Source: Laetmonice hystrix
Lineage: Eukaryota
Direction of reading: 5' to 3'
DNA: 64,000 nt
NCBI GenBank assembly: GCA_965235115.1
Contig: OZ249436.1
Location: 58,342,001 to 58,406,000, forward strand
In this document: positions 40,801-52,887 of the stretch, piece by piece
How the letters are laid out: every line of letters begins with the position of its first letter
How positions within the stretch are numbered: the first letter of the stretch is position 1
Notes under the pieces: generated by a model
Database searches by the model: none
Seen by the model: only the letters and a program-made list of their open reading frames with translations
What the model was told of the DNA's origin: nothing
Translations under genes and position numbers: made by a program

Positions 40801-43800
40801 CTGGGGAGCACATTCAATTAAAGGGATATAAGCGAAAGCTATAGGCCTACACACTCAATAAACCAGTTCCTACCTATCACTACCATCGTGTGTTTGAGAT
40901 CATCTGTAGTGCAAAACGGGTTCCAAGGAAGCACATGTCTCCCTGGTTTTCATTTGAAAATGACGATCGATAAATAGCCACCATCCTTTCGACGCAATCT
41001 AACATTTGAATTTGAGAGGGGAATTCCGTCACGTGACTTTGCATGGGCCTCTCGCCTTGTCAAGTCGAGGCCTGTTAGTGTCACACAGAGTTCGCATAGG
41101 TTTTAGCAACTCGGATGTTGTCGACTGTCTTGAGTCCAAGAACTTGCCGTAAAATGCTGCCATTTCTCAATGTGGCCACCCATAAAAGACATGGACTCTG
41201 TTACGATCGGGAATCGTTTGTTGCGTTCTTTTCTAATATTTTACGCGACATGCTCGTTTTCTCCCATCCTGCACTCCGCAACCGGTTCTGTGCTCGGGGG
41301 ACAATGTAAACAGAGACTTATTAAGGTGAAATAGTGTCAAGGATGAAAAGGTCTATGTATAAAGGAACCCTCTAAGCTTCTGAGAGGAATTTCAGTAAAA
41401 AATAGCTTGCCCTTACGTCACTTTACCATTTTAATATTACCCCGTACATAAGCATGTTGGTAAAACTCACCCAATGGCACTAAAACATTACAATTTAAAA
41501 TAATTAAAACGTCTAATGAATAGGTGTCATTTCAGTGATCATCTGATATCAGACGCATTTATTTTTCATGAACCTGCCTCTGAAATCTTATCAATCTGAT
41601 ACACAGCATTAATCCTATACAATCTATAGGTTCACGATCTGACGATCTGAGAAGCAGCCTCAAATTTGTTCTTAAAACTTAACCCTCAAATACATGTATG
41701 ACAGCGGATGTGTCTGGACGTAGATCACCGTATGTATTTTTTACTTCTTGAAGAACTGTTAACAATGTTCATGCAATGAGAATTTGTACTGCATAACGAT
41801 GGAAAAAAGTTCATTTGAAACTTAAGCTTCCACCCCCCCCCCCCCCAGCGTGTAACATACTGTATGCAAAACGAGTTAGAATTACTGGGAGCAAGTCTGG
41901 CTCTGAGACCATCCTTACAAGAGTGCACAGTAGGCCCGGGAGAGAGAGAAGCTCTCCTAACGTACTGGAGGGTCCACGGAGAGACTCTGCCCAGGTTGTT
42001 CACACATCCAGGTTGTCTCGTCTGGGGCCACATGAGGGTCTCATACCGCCAAGAGCAAAGGGCCAGGAAGATGTGAGCAGGATTCCCTTGACCGCGGGGT
42101 CAAACGATGGAATTGGTGTGGAGAAAGATCTTTAGTGAGAATGTCCTCATGATTGAGGCCTTCCAACTCGGATCCTTGCCGCTGACTTTGATCCTCACTT
42201 GGGTGGTAAGCTGCACAAATGATATGTGGCGTTGCACTGACAGCAGCCCCCTTATCTGAGTGGGAATGAGGCTGCCCCCATCCTTCCCCCCCTTGGCTAC
42301 AGACACAAGTGATTCTACATTGTCTTCACCAGCCAAGCTATCTACTATCGGACTGAAGACAAAAGCACTTCAATCAATTTACGATGGCAAGGGATTTGGA
42401 CAAAGCTCTAAGTTGCCCTTATTCAATATCACCTGCCTAGTATTTTCCCTATTAAGCGGCTCTTCATCGTCAGGAAGGCTCACTGCCTAGACAGAAAGTC
42501 AGGTAATTATCTATAAAGTTATCCTGAACTGAAAACATACTGTCTTGTGACTTTTACAAGCTTCAAAAGGATGCTGACTTTTCAAGAGGATTACATCTTT
42601 AACATTATGGCAAAAAATTAAGATCCCTGGGGAAAGAACAATTAGAACAGTGGGAAAGACACAAGTAGGAAAGACTGCCATGCTTTCAGACCACTTATGG
42701 CAAACTCAAGAAACGGTTTTCAATCGGAACCCCAACCTATTTGACTTGTATTGCTCGATAATTATAATCGTCTGTGAGTCCACATTTGATCATGTTTTTA
42801 TCTATTCCAAACATAACTTTTGGCAACTCCATTATATCAATTACTGCCTGGTATGAACATCAGTTTGGATGTCACAATGTTGTCTACTCATCAATCAACA
42901 CTAATATCAAATATAGCGAGTTCGGACATAACATCGTGAAGATAAAAAAAGAGGCCACCGAGAGGCCTGACTTTAGGTGCTAATTAAAGCAGTCATACAT
43001 TCCATCTGAACACGATCTGATAAGGTGCCTTGGAGTCTGAAAATCTCTTTCCTCCCACATCCTTGCCAACATCAATCTTTCAGCCTATACTAACATTTCA
43101 GGGGGATCTCAATATCAAGAAGATATCGACCATAATATACAGCATAAAAGTTGTGAAAATGGGTTAGTCATTGCAATTATCTTAATGGGAAATGTCCACC
43201 AGTTGGCTTTTCATGACAAACCTGTTCCTATGATCTGACTCGGTCATGTCGACCACAACAACTAGTTCAGAGATTCGCTCATGTTGCTGCATAGAGACCC
43301 ATCAAACTACCATGGCACTTGGCCCTTGCCAGTTTTTACATGGCCACCAATCAAACAACCCCCTTCAGAAATATACAGCATGGCTGAGCAAGGGCGGCTG
43401 CCGTGCTGGCCTTCAGCAATCAGCCTTAGTACACAACGCATCTATCATAAACTAGAAAGCATTTTCTGATCCCTGAAATCCCAAGGGTGACGGGGATAGC
43501 TTGTGTGCTCCTTCACAGCTGACCAGTTGCCCCGATGTTTGCTGAACAGGGCACAGCGGCCTCACCCAGCCCTCCTCAGGCTGCCCCTTGAGACCACACC
43601 CATTTCCATGCAAAATGTTCTTAGCTTGGCATCTTCCAAGTCGTGCATGCAGATCTGATCAGCTACTTCACAAACTTTACACTAAGGCCTAAATGATGCT
43701 GTAAACTTCTGTAATCAATTGTTTTTCCCGGCCCCCTCCCTAGCCTGTCTATCTTTAGCTGATGCTCCCGTCTTCTCACGGCTAACTGGCTGGACTGTCT

Positions 43801-46800
43801 TCAGGCAGGCCCGGACCCTCTGGGATATTGATCTATCTGCTTTCATGTGGCATCGATTTTTACCAAACAGTAATCTGGAGAGAAGCCCAAACAATATGTT
43901 TAATTGGTCATGTTGACAGCCAGGAGTGTATAAATTAATTAGCATATGGGCACCGAGCTGATTGATGCTTCCAATTCTTGCATGTTTAAAGGGATTGGCG
44001 GAAATGGATTGTTACTTGCATAACATGCCAGAAAGATCCTCCTGTGTAGCACTTCTCTAACGACCCAAGACAACACAGGCACAAGCTTAATCCACTTGGC
44101 TCTTTCACAGGATTATTTTTTACTAGATTGATCCTGATTAGGTACGGTTTGCTTTAACATGACATCAAGAGCGCCAAGTCCCCGTCCCTTGTGGATTTAA
44201 TAGTTCCAAGTCTGTAAAGCTCTTTGATCGTGTTATCTATAGAGTTTTTACCAGAACCTTGTCCGTGAACCTGATCCTTTTCACCACTTTTACCCCACGC
44301 TATGGAAATGTGCCTGCGCTCTAACACCTGCAATTGAACCGGGAGGACAGTAAAATAACCGCCGAGATTGCCTCGACCACCATGGTACCATTGGAGTTGT
44401 GCACAGTCTCTGCAATAGATCTCCATTGCCTTTTTGTATCTATTTACCCGGACCGACCACTTTGCCGGAATATCATTCCTGTATTCGATGTCATTAGCAT
44501 CCTCGTCTGTATGCTACGGGGTCTGTCAAACATTTCCAGGCTTCTGAGTTTCACCGCCCACTTTGGAACCGGAGTAGCGATTGCCTTGCTTGGCTGCCGT
44601 GGGTATTACCATAGTGTACTCAGGCATACAGATGGGCAGGAAGGCACCAGGGCAGACCTGACAACAAAATCATCCAGCCAGCAAGGTCCCCCACTGCGGT
44701 AACTATCAGCCATTTAATTGTGCCTTTCCCCCACTACTGATAGCCAGACACTAGCTGAAACCGATATGACTCCCAATTTAACCTCTATTCATTGACCTCT
44801 GTCTGGTGATCTACATCCGAATGCCATCATCTACAAGCAATACCATCATCATCAAATACAAATATGTGTGCTTTTTCGTGGGAGAAAGTCATGATCATCT
44901 ATTTCTCTTTATGCCAAAAAGGAGAATGATGCAATGCTCTTAGGGGCAATGCTTTAGTAGTAATGGGATGAGCTCTACGTTCAACAATTTTGAATGACTT
45001 CACATAGATAATGAAGGTGATCTCTATATAATTACCTCTAATAAAACATACTGATTCTGTCACATCCTCAAAATGAATACATATCAATTTCATTCTTCCA
45101 TCTTCCTGTGAGAGTTGTCAACAACATCTCTGGAATTATCCCCCGGTATATTCAGCTTTCTTTCACTGTTGCTATTTTAGTAAATGTCGATCACAAGACC
45201 TCGAATGATGCCCTTACCAGTGAAAACACGCTCCTTATGGCTCCACAGCCGGGTCATGAATAATGCCTTCCTGACACGCCATAGTCTCACTCTACATTAG
45301 CGACCACCGGATCCGCCACCAATCCCATTTCAATACAAACTGACCCCAGTTCTGGGAGCTATTTCCACCCCAAACAATCACTTTGCATGTGAGTGCAAGA
45401 CAATTTATTACAGAAATGGAAATCGGAAGGCCCGTGATATCGGTTTCAGCACATAGCGAGCTACACAATATTGTCCCGATAACAAATAAGTTTCAAGGTT
45501 TCTGTTTTGTTGTTGTCTACAGAGACACATCTTTGTCTACAGAGTACGGAGCAGAATCATACACAGTGTATGCCGTATCCTGAGCGCTTAATGACACCTG
45601 CCTTGGTGGTGTCCAGTTCACGGATCCCGACACATGGCCATCCATCATTTTTATTGCGGCTGGTTGAATGGTCATATTCCACTACGTGCCACCTATACTC
45701 CTGTCGGTTTCCCCCTCACTGCATGCCTCCAGTTGTATCGAGTTTCGTGTTACGTGCCCTGAAACATCGCCGCCAGATATGTACATGAAACCCACAGTGG
45801 CCAACAATACACCGGTAGACTGCAGCTGTGTCGGGTGTTATTCCCTGCAAGCTTGTCCTCTGTTGTTTGTAGTTTGCACGCATGTTAAAACATAAAAAAA
45901 ACTAACTGTACGCACGATGTCATTTTATGGTTACGGTTTGCGTTGGTGAAAGGAATTTGTACAACACGAATTTGTACGTCACATGTTGGTCATACTTCCC
46001 AGCATTCCAGTGTGTTAGTTGACCAGTTAACTGACAAAAAACAGTTCCAACCGTATGACATACCGGATAAGCTCTTCTGTTTCTAGTGTTGAGTCGAGTA
46101 CAAGTTTCGAGCGCATTATTTAAATCAGCGTCATCAAAGAGCAATATTAGTAAAAGTTCATCAATTTCTATTAATCTGACACAAGTACGTCACTTTAAAA
46201 CCTATCACTCTTTCTATGCCTCGTTTCTGTTTCCAAGAGTCAACTGTGGATTCCAATAACAGCAATGGTGCGGACTAGTAGTTCGACATTAATAAGTGAC
46301 AAAAGCGATTAAAAAAATGCCCTACTTTTTCCTTCTGGTATCAAAAATGGAGGAGTGTGCTCGAAGAGATGAAGAGATGGGGACCTTTTCTCCTAATCTC
46401 AACTTTTGACTCCAATGAGTCGATCCTACCGAAATTCGCACTTCGCACTTCGCCTCTAAGAAAAGTATGACATTGCCGTCACATGACCACTATGGCCAGA
46501 CCACACCATGAATGGACACACCTTTTCTGACAGATTCTGACACCTGTCAGGACGCCTCATCAACACCTGACACCCTACACAACCATGTCGTAATTACTCT
46601 CACACCCTCCTGTCCACTCAGGATGTCGGTCAGTGAGGTCACATCGCAGTCCCCTAGTCTCCAATCCCCAGTACACACGTCCTCAGCAGGACGTCCCAGC
46701 GAGGACATCCATCGACCAGCCACCACACCCGCCCCGTATCCGCGCAGCATCCTTAACACTTGCCTTCTGCCATCAGCCATGCTGGTCAGCCGACGGTCAA

Positions 46801-47451
46801 TGCCCAACAGATGACCGCTGGTCAGGCTATCCACCCACGTACACACGCTGATTGCAGTTGGTTGGGAGGTAAGTGTAATAATTCCCTCTGAGAGGCAGAG
46901 GTGGGGGACACACATGCAGGGTTGTGGGTGGGTGACAGCTGCAACATGGAACTGCCATGTTCTTCGGCGAGGTCATCAGTTGAATGTGCTGTAGGACGTC
47001 TTGGAAGGGATCAGATATCATGATATCCACAAACTGGCATGTAGCGAAACTAGCGATAAAGCTAAAAAGTCTTGATCCATTGATGTTATACTGTTAACAA
47101 TGACAATGCCTATATTACAACCTAGACAAGGTTGGCTGCCGTTAAAATGACGCCTAAAGTTGCATGAACGGTCTATTCTAGGAATAGTTTCAAGAATGAG
47201 CAATGCCTGATCAGATTACTTCTAGTTCTGATGAACTTCTGGGTTCATATGCAAGCTATAGTTTAATAAAGTAGTGTCTTGAAGGCGACATTCTAGAAGG
47301 CTGCCATTACGTCTTGGCATTACGTCACGGCATGACGAGATGGAGGGACCGGGACCAGACGGTGAGGAACAGACCATCCCAGTAGACAACAGTATAAAAA
47401 TCTGCTGCGTCCATGAAAAAATTACACAGGCGTGTCTGAGCGGGTCTCACG

Positions 47452-47649
47452 GTTTCCCCATGGGCTTGCTCATGGGGGGTCATTACCGCCCCCTCGTGGT
47501 TCAACCTGTAACCACATTTTAGACTATACCCGACAGTCCCTAAATCTCCCAAAGTTCCATGTTCTATTTTTCTTTCCGCCCACTGACCTTCTCACTCCAC
47601 ATTCACCGGTCAAACATCGCACAGAGCACACCTAAAACTAATATCTCAA
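47452..47649 (+). repeat. Split direct repeat A1 (198 bp)
   Basis: GTTTCCCCATGGGCTTGC...AACTAATATCTCAA, identical to 53040-53237. Confidence 0.97.
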
Positions 47650-47659
47650 GAGCAAAGCA

Positions 47660-48847
47660 ATGGCGCCAAAGAAAAAGACGGGAAAAAGACGCCAAAACCA
47701 GTCTATCTCAGAAGACAGCCCTGAACGAGCGCCGACGCCACCACTAGAGGCAGGGCACAAAAATGCAGAGCTTGACGAGCGCGTGAAAAAATTGGAGGGG
47801 CTGTACACAGACGTGGCAGCCATGAAGGCCAGTATCATGGACTTGACCGCCACGCTTCAGCGACCACCGAGGCTCCTCGAGACGACTACCGGGGGCCACA
47901 GCTCGGCTGTATCTACACCAGGCCGCAGACACGAAACACGGGAGCTCTCCGACCAGGCTACATGCGACGCAACTATCACCCTCCGAGGCACCGACACGGG
48001 AACACCGGAGTTTCGGGGCCGTCAACGACAGGCCAGTCAGACCCGGACACGCCACGGGTCAGACGACATTCCACACCCCAGTGACATACGCCGAGACAGG
48101 CACGCGTCCGCATACGTGCGCCAACATCTGCAGGACGACCGGCCCCAATTTTCCGACACAGAGGGTCAAGGTAATCTGTTTGATTCTCGTCCACGTAGAA
48201 ACATTATTAAACCATTCGAATATGTCGAAAGAGATGGACTCCATACACTTAGGCAGAAAGCTGATGTGCGAGATAAGCTCACATATGAGGAATATGTTAA
48301 TGCATTGGTGGCAATGATTAGGGACACTACGGTCACGGAACAGCGCGAAATCCCTAACCTTATTGAACACCTATATCAGGTCACACAGGATGCTATGACC
48401 GCACACTGGCCGAACGTCCTAAGATGGTCTAACACGATCTTTGACAAGATTGATCGGGCTGAACTGACATGGGCTGATAAGGATGACATACACTATGAAC
48501 GCATACGTCTCACAGTGGCTGGACAAGCGCGTCATTTTAACACAAATAAAATTGAAAGTGTAGAAGTCCCATGTCCAGCATTTAACCAAGGCGCATGTCA
48601 GGCGAACGCCGAGTCACATGTTGAGGGTCGAACATTATTCATGCACGTCTGCAGCTTCTGCCACGCGCTATCAGGGCGTCGCTACAACCACATGACATTA
48701 TCGTGTAACAAGCGCGCGACAGCGAGGGGCATGCAACCGGATCAGCGCATGGTGGTCATGGGTCAGCGACAGCAAGGTAACCATCAGCCACCACGTTATT
48801 ATGGTCAACATGGCCAACACCAATGTGACTCAAAAAACTACAGGTGA
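47660..48847 (+). CDS. gag: ORF1, Gag-like nucleic-acid-binding protein (395 aa)
   Basis: ATG 10 bp after A1. N-terminal basic NLS-like PKKKTGKRR and a short coiled-coil-like segment. C-terminal Cys/His cluster CPAFNQGAC...H...HVCSFC...H...C, typical of YR-retrotransposon ORF1. Confidence 0.85.
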   Translation: MAPKKKTGKRRQNQSISEDSPERAPTPPLEAGHKNAELDERVKKLEGLYTDVAAMKASIMDLTATLQRPPRLLETTTGGHSSAVSTPGRRHETRELSDQATCDATITLRGTDTGTPEFRGRQRQASQTRTRHGSDDIPHPSDIRRDRHASAYVRQHLQDDRPQFSDTEGQGNLFDSRPRRNIIKPFEYVERDGLHTLRQKADVRDKLTYEEYVNALVAMIRDTTVTEQREIPNLIEHLYQVTQDAMTAHWPNVLRWSNTIFDKIDRAELTWADKDDIHYERIRLTVAGQARHFNTNKIESVEVPCPAFNQGACQANAESHVEGRTLFMHVCSFCHALSGRRYNHMTLSCNKRATARGMQPDQRMVVMGQRQQGNHQPPRYYGQHGQHQCDSKNYR

Positions 48848-48864
48848 GCGTCCTCTCTGGGCGC
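48832..48864 (+). promoter_or_regulatory. Candidate -1 ribosomal frameshift signal
   Basis: A_AAA_AAC (48832-48838) is correctly phased in gag. After a 9-nt spacer comes the stem GCGTCC/GGGCGC (48848-53 / 48859-64). The -1 frame is the open pol frame. Confidence 0.6.
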
Positions 48865-50690
48865 CGACATGAAGGGTGTAGAAGCACTCAGCAACCACTG
48901 CCTGCACCACCTAATGTTATGTCACTATGCCTTACTAGGCCTGCAACAACGTGTCGGCTGACTAAGGGCAACACTCAGCAACTACGGCATACACCCGCTA
49001 ATGCTATGTCACTCTGCGTCACCAGGCATGCACCATCGTGTAGGCTGACCGAGGGCAACACTCAGCAACCACTGCCTACACCCGTCAATGCTATGTCACT
49101 CTGCGTCACCAGGCCTGTACCATCGTGTAGGCTGACCGAGGCCAACACTCAGCAACCACTGCCTACACCCGTCAATGCTATGTCACTCTGCGTCACCAGG
49201 CCTGCACCAACGTGTAGGCTGACCGAGGGCAACACTCAGCAACCACTGCCTACACCCGTCAATGCTATGTCACTCTGCGTCACCAGGCCTGCACCAACGT
49301 GTAGGCTGACCGAGGGCAACACTCAGCAACCACTGCCTACACCCGTCAATGCTATGTCACTCTGCGTCACCAGGCCTGCACCAACGTGTAGGCTGACCGA
49401 GGGCAACACTCAGCAACCACTGCCTACACCCGTCAATGCTATGTCACTCTGCGTCACCAGGCCTGCACCAACGTGTAGGCTGACCGAGGGCAACACTCAG
49501 CAACCACTGCCTACACCCGTCAATGCTATGTCACTCTGCGTCACCAGGCCTGCACCAACGTGTAGGCTGACCGAGGGCAACACCCAGCAATCACCGCCCA
49601 CACCTACCAACATTATACCATTACGCGTCACCAGGCCAGACAATAAAAATGCATTGTGTGCTGCACGCCCCAATCGAGGCAATGAAGCACCACCCCTTAA
49701 ACACACACCAGACTTTCAGGAGATTAGGAGAAGATGTGAATTGAACCTCCCACTAAACATGGGAGACGTCTATGGAGACGCTATCCCCGAATATAGGCGA
49801 AAGTTTTGGCCGAACGCCGATCGTAAGGTTCTCGGCAGTGAATTATACAACATTTATCAGAAAGTTAAAGCGTCAGGGTTACATAATTGCATCGGACAAA
49901 AAATGGTGGTCCCCTCGCAGCTAAACATCCCAGCATGGGAAAAATACCTCTCTAAAGATGGGGAGGACACTGAACTACTTGGTTTTATTAAATACGGCTT
50001 CCCATTAGGATACATTGGCCCAGTATCAGACACAACTGAAACTCCCAACCATGATAGTGCAGAACAATTCCCCGAGCAGGTTCATAAGTTCATTGACTCA
50101 GAACTCAATAGGGGCGCCGTCCTGGGTCCATTCACAGCCCCACCGTTTGTTGAGTGGTGCCATGTGTCACCACTCATGACTCGCCCCAAGTCGGATTTCA
50201 TAAACAGGAGAGTGATAATGGATATGTCATACCCAACTGACAAATCAGTTAATGCGTTTATTGCTAAGAACACTGTCTTAGGCACGCTCAGGGAACACAC
50301 CCTTCCTACTGTCGATAGTGTATTACGAGAGATAAATAGGATAGGACCAGGCGCAGTACTTTTTACCGTAGATATAGCTCGCGCATATAAAAACTTTCGC
50401 AGCTGCCCATTAGATTGGCCGCTGCTCACATTCAAGTGGAAACGCAATACATATCTAGACATAGCAATGCCATTTGGAGCCCGTGTGTCATCTGCACACA
50501 TGGGCCGTGTGGCAGGTGTGATAACGTCGGTACTAAGGAGTAGGGGCGTCTCTTCGTATATGTACCTGGATGACCTGATAGGCATTGCACCGAACATGAA
50601 GGAGGCCAGCCGGGGATTTACGGTGACCCGGGATCTGTTCGTTGAACTTGGCCTGCCAGAGGCATTTGACAAGACTCAGCCCCCAGCAAC

Positions 50691-50693
<3 letters not shown>
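48844..50693 (+). CDS. pol: ORF2 5' part: repeat linker plus reverse transcriptase, interrupted at 50693
   Basis: DIRS-type RT motifs SPLMTRPK, RVIMDMS, VDIARAYK, AMPFGARVSS and catalytic YLDD. The frame runs into the poly-T of a nested insertion; removing 50694-51033 rejoins it in frame as ...KTQPPAT-M-VKWLGI... (882 aa counted from 48844). Confidence 0.92.
48886..49637 (+). repeat. 87-bp in-frame coding tandem repeat (29 aa, 8 full copies plus 1 partial)
   Basis: Unit starts every 87 bp from 48886 to 49582 and encodes TQQPLPTPVNAMSLCVTRPAPTCRLTEGN. Copies 4-8 are identical; the outer copies are diverged. Confidence 0.97.
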
Positions 50694-50725
<32 letters not shown>

Positions 50726-51033
50726 TATGCATATTTTGACAGGGGAACCCACTCGACTTGTCAGCCGCCATTAATGTAGGGCCCTGTGATACATTAACGT
50801 ATTATACACTTTCACACATACATTCTACATTACCTTGTATGTACAGTATATAGTTTTACACATCCTTCTTAGCACTTAACAATTACATATAATATTTCTG
50901 CACTTACACATTCACTTTCGTATACAATTTAACCCATGCTTCTTAGAGCTTCTTACGAGATAAATCTATCTTGTTCCCCCTAGTGTCTTTCATTCATGTA
51001 CATATTATTATAATATTTTTTAATCTCTACTAT
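50694..51033 (-). mobile_element. Nested 5'-truncated non-LTR retroposon (LINE/SINE 3' end, L2/CR1-group-like tail)
   Basis: About 31-nt poly-T (50693-50723) is an antisense poly(A) preceded by AATAAA. TSD ACTAT at 50689-93 and 51029-33. A stem-loop (50739-50787, CAGGGCCC...CGGCTGACAAGTCG...GGGTTCCCCTG on the minus strand) lies just upstream of the tail. Confidence 0.85.
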
Positions 51034-51832
51034 GGTTAAGTGGCTCGGCATAGATATTGATACTCAAAACATGCTGGTCAGTATTCCAAAAAAGAAAATC
51101 GAAGAAACTCTCACAGAGGTGGAAAAGGTACGAGAAAAACGTTCTATTACCAAAAAAGGGATGCAGAGGCTCCTGGGTCGTATACTGCACATCTCCAAAT
51201 GTGTCACACCAGCACGTCTGTTTGTGGGTAGGCTGCTTCAGGCCTTCCGGGACGCGAAAGGTGGATATATTTGCCTCACTCGAGAGGACAAACGTGACCT
51301 TGACTGGTTCGTTAACTTTCTGCCTAAGTGGAACGGGAAGTCAATAATAAACAATGACTGTATCAGTAAGGAGATTGTAGCAGACGCGTGTAAATCAGGT
51401 ATAGGGGCCTCGGATGGGAACAGGTTCTACTCGGTAACGATCCCCACCTTTATGAAAGACATGCATATTTCAGACATTGAGGCAGTGAATGTACTTATAG
51501 CCCTCAGGACGTTTCTATCACAAGAGCAGATGGGCACGACTGTGATGGTTCGTTCCGACAACGCTGCTGCCGTCACTGTGTACTCCACGGGTAGGGGACG
51601 AGACCCACTTCTCCTCACATGTGCCCGGGCAGTATTCCTTTTGCAAGCACAACTGCAGGTTAAGATTATATTTCGACACACACCGGGCACCCACATGAAG
51701 CTAGCTGATGCATTAAGTCGCGCCCCGAACGACCGTCGCTGCAAGGCCGTAGCGGACGAGCTTGTCAGAAGCTACAACCTCATTGAGTGTTTCCCCGATA
51801 TAACTGACACGTGCATTAATCCGGGGATTTGA
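51032..51832 (+). CDS. pol: ORF2 3' part: RT C-terminus and RNase H
   Basis: VKWLGIDID, LLGRILH, and RNase H catalytic motifs VADAC, DIEAV, RSDN and H...LADALSR. Continues the upstream RT once the insertion is removed. Confidence 0.92.
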   Translation: MVKWLGIDIDTQNMLVSIPKKKIEETLTEVEKVREKRSITKKGMQRLLGRILHISKCVTPARLFVGRLLQAFRDAKGGYICLTREDKRDLDWFVNFLPKWNGKSIINNDCISKEIVADACKSGIGASDGNRFYSVTIPTFMKDMHISDIEAVNVLIALRTFLSQEQMGTTVMVRSDNAAAVTVYSTGRGRDPLLLTCARAVFLLQAQLQVKIIFRHTPGTHMKLADALSRAPNDRRCKAVADELVRSYNLIECFPDITDTCINPGI

Positions 51833-51861
51833 TAAGTCTTGTCCCTTTTGTTGTTGTACAG
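51829..51861 (+). promoter_or_regulatory. Candidate 3' splice site for the YR exon
   Basis: TTGAT branch-point-like motif (A at 51832), pyrimidine tract TCTTGTCCCTTTTGTTGTTGT, then ACAG| at 51858-51861. Confidence 0.6.
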
Positions 51862-52829
51862 ATCCAGCGAGGGACAGGCTCATTAGGCAAGCTGTACAAA
51901 CTCAAGGGGCCGCCAGGGCACCGGGAACAGCTGCAAACTACAGGACTGCAGTCAGTGCGTATTTGGCGTTCTGTCACAGGTTCCAGGTTCATCACAAAGC
52001 CCCAGCAGTCCAGGACGCATGCATGTGTATTGAATATTTCTCGACCTTCCTTAAGTCACCAGCATCGATAGAAAATTATGTCTCCGCTATCCGACAGTAT
52101 CTTAGGAGGATGGTAGTCCAAAATAGTGCATTCGAATCCTATCGCGTCCAGTTGGCAATAGATGCACATAAACGACGGAAGGACCATACGCCACTACAAA
52201 AGCCACCGCTAGATACAGCATTGCTTAGGGCAGTCATGTTGGCAACAGTGTCACGCTACTTAGGGAACTCCGTCCGATTCGCATTCCTACTCTTATACTA
52301 CGCAGGCGCACGTCAATCGGAGGTGGTGCCCCCATCACAGTCCAGATTTGATCCAGACAGACACCTCACAAGGAAGGATGTGTATATTAAGGATGAAATG
52401 TTAATTATATCGCAGAAATGGGCAAAGAACCAGCAGCTCTATAATCAAAGTAGGGTAATCGCACTCCCACCCGGGCCAGACCCCATGTTGTGCCCAGTGA
52501 CTATGTATCGCCAGGTCATCAGAGATACCCCCACTAAGTCGCCGGTACAGCCTCTGTTGGCTCACACTGCGGATTATTCACCAGTCACAGCTAGGTGGCT
52601 GACGGCGGAATTGCGAACCATCATCCAGAGGTTGGGGGGACCCCATCAGACGGTCTCACTCCATAGCATCCGGAGATCCGCAGCCACTGACGCGTTCGCG
52701 GGCGGCTTCTCCCAGCTCCAGGTCCAGAACTTCGGTGCCTGGTCCTCTAATGCGTATAAGAAATATATAAGGCTAATGGATGCAAATGCGGTTTCAAAAT
52801 ACCTGGTTCAAAGATTGACGAGCTCTTGA
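51862..52829 (+). CDS. Tyrosine recombinase (YR)
   Basis: Catalytic set R (YYAGARQSEV), K (QKWAKN), H-x-x-R (LHSIRR), W (GAWSS) and Y (AYKKY). The frame is open from 51804. The ORF-track start at 51963 is TTG, not ATG, and the upstream APGTAANYRTAVSAYLAFC resembles the YR N-terminal helix. Confidence 0.92.
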
Positions 52830-52887
52830 GTAAATGTAATCGTACTTATTATTCAATAACCCTCACTTCATTTTAGTTTGGGGCTTG

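Noticed and set aside
43197-44250. Gypsy RNase H-like (DPSNY...YSMAEQ) on plus and RT-like words on minus
   Set aside because: Matches on opposite strands overlap and the motif spacing is inconsistent; likely over-reading.
48841-48849. Strong donor-like CAG|GTGAGC as the route to YR
   Set aside because: It is phase 2: joined to 51862 it gives RSSEGQAH-stop, not the YR frame. It could at most make a Gag-only spliced mRNA.
50082-50672. 196-aa antisense ORF (and 47744-48370, 51427-51744)
   Set aside because: Shadow ORFs opposite gag/pol with no independent motifs.
51963-52829. Bacterial or phage integrase, i.e. a prophage or contamination
   Set aside because: It is embedded with gag, RT/RNase H and split direct repeats in metazoan repeat DNA; it is the retrotransposon's YR.
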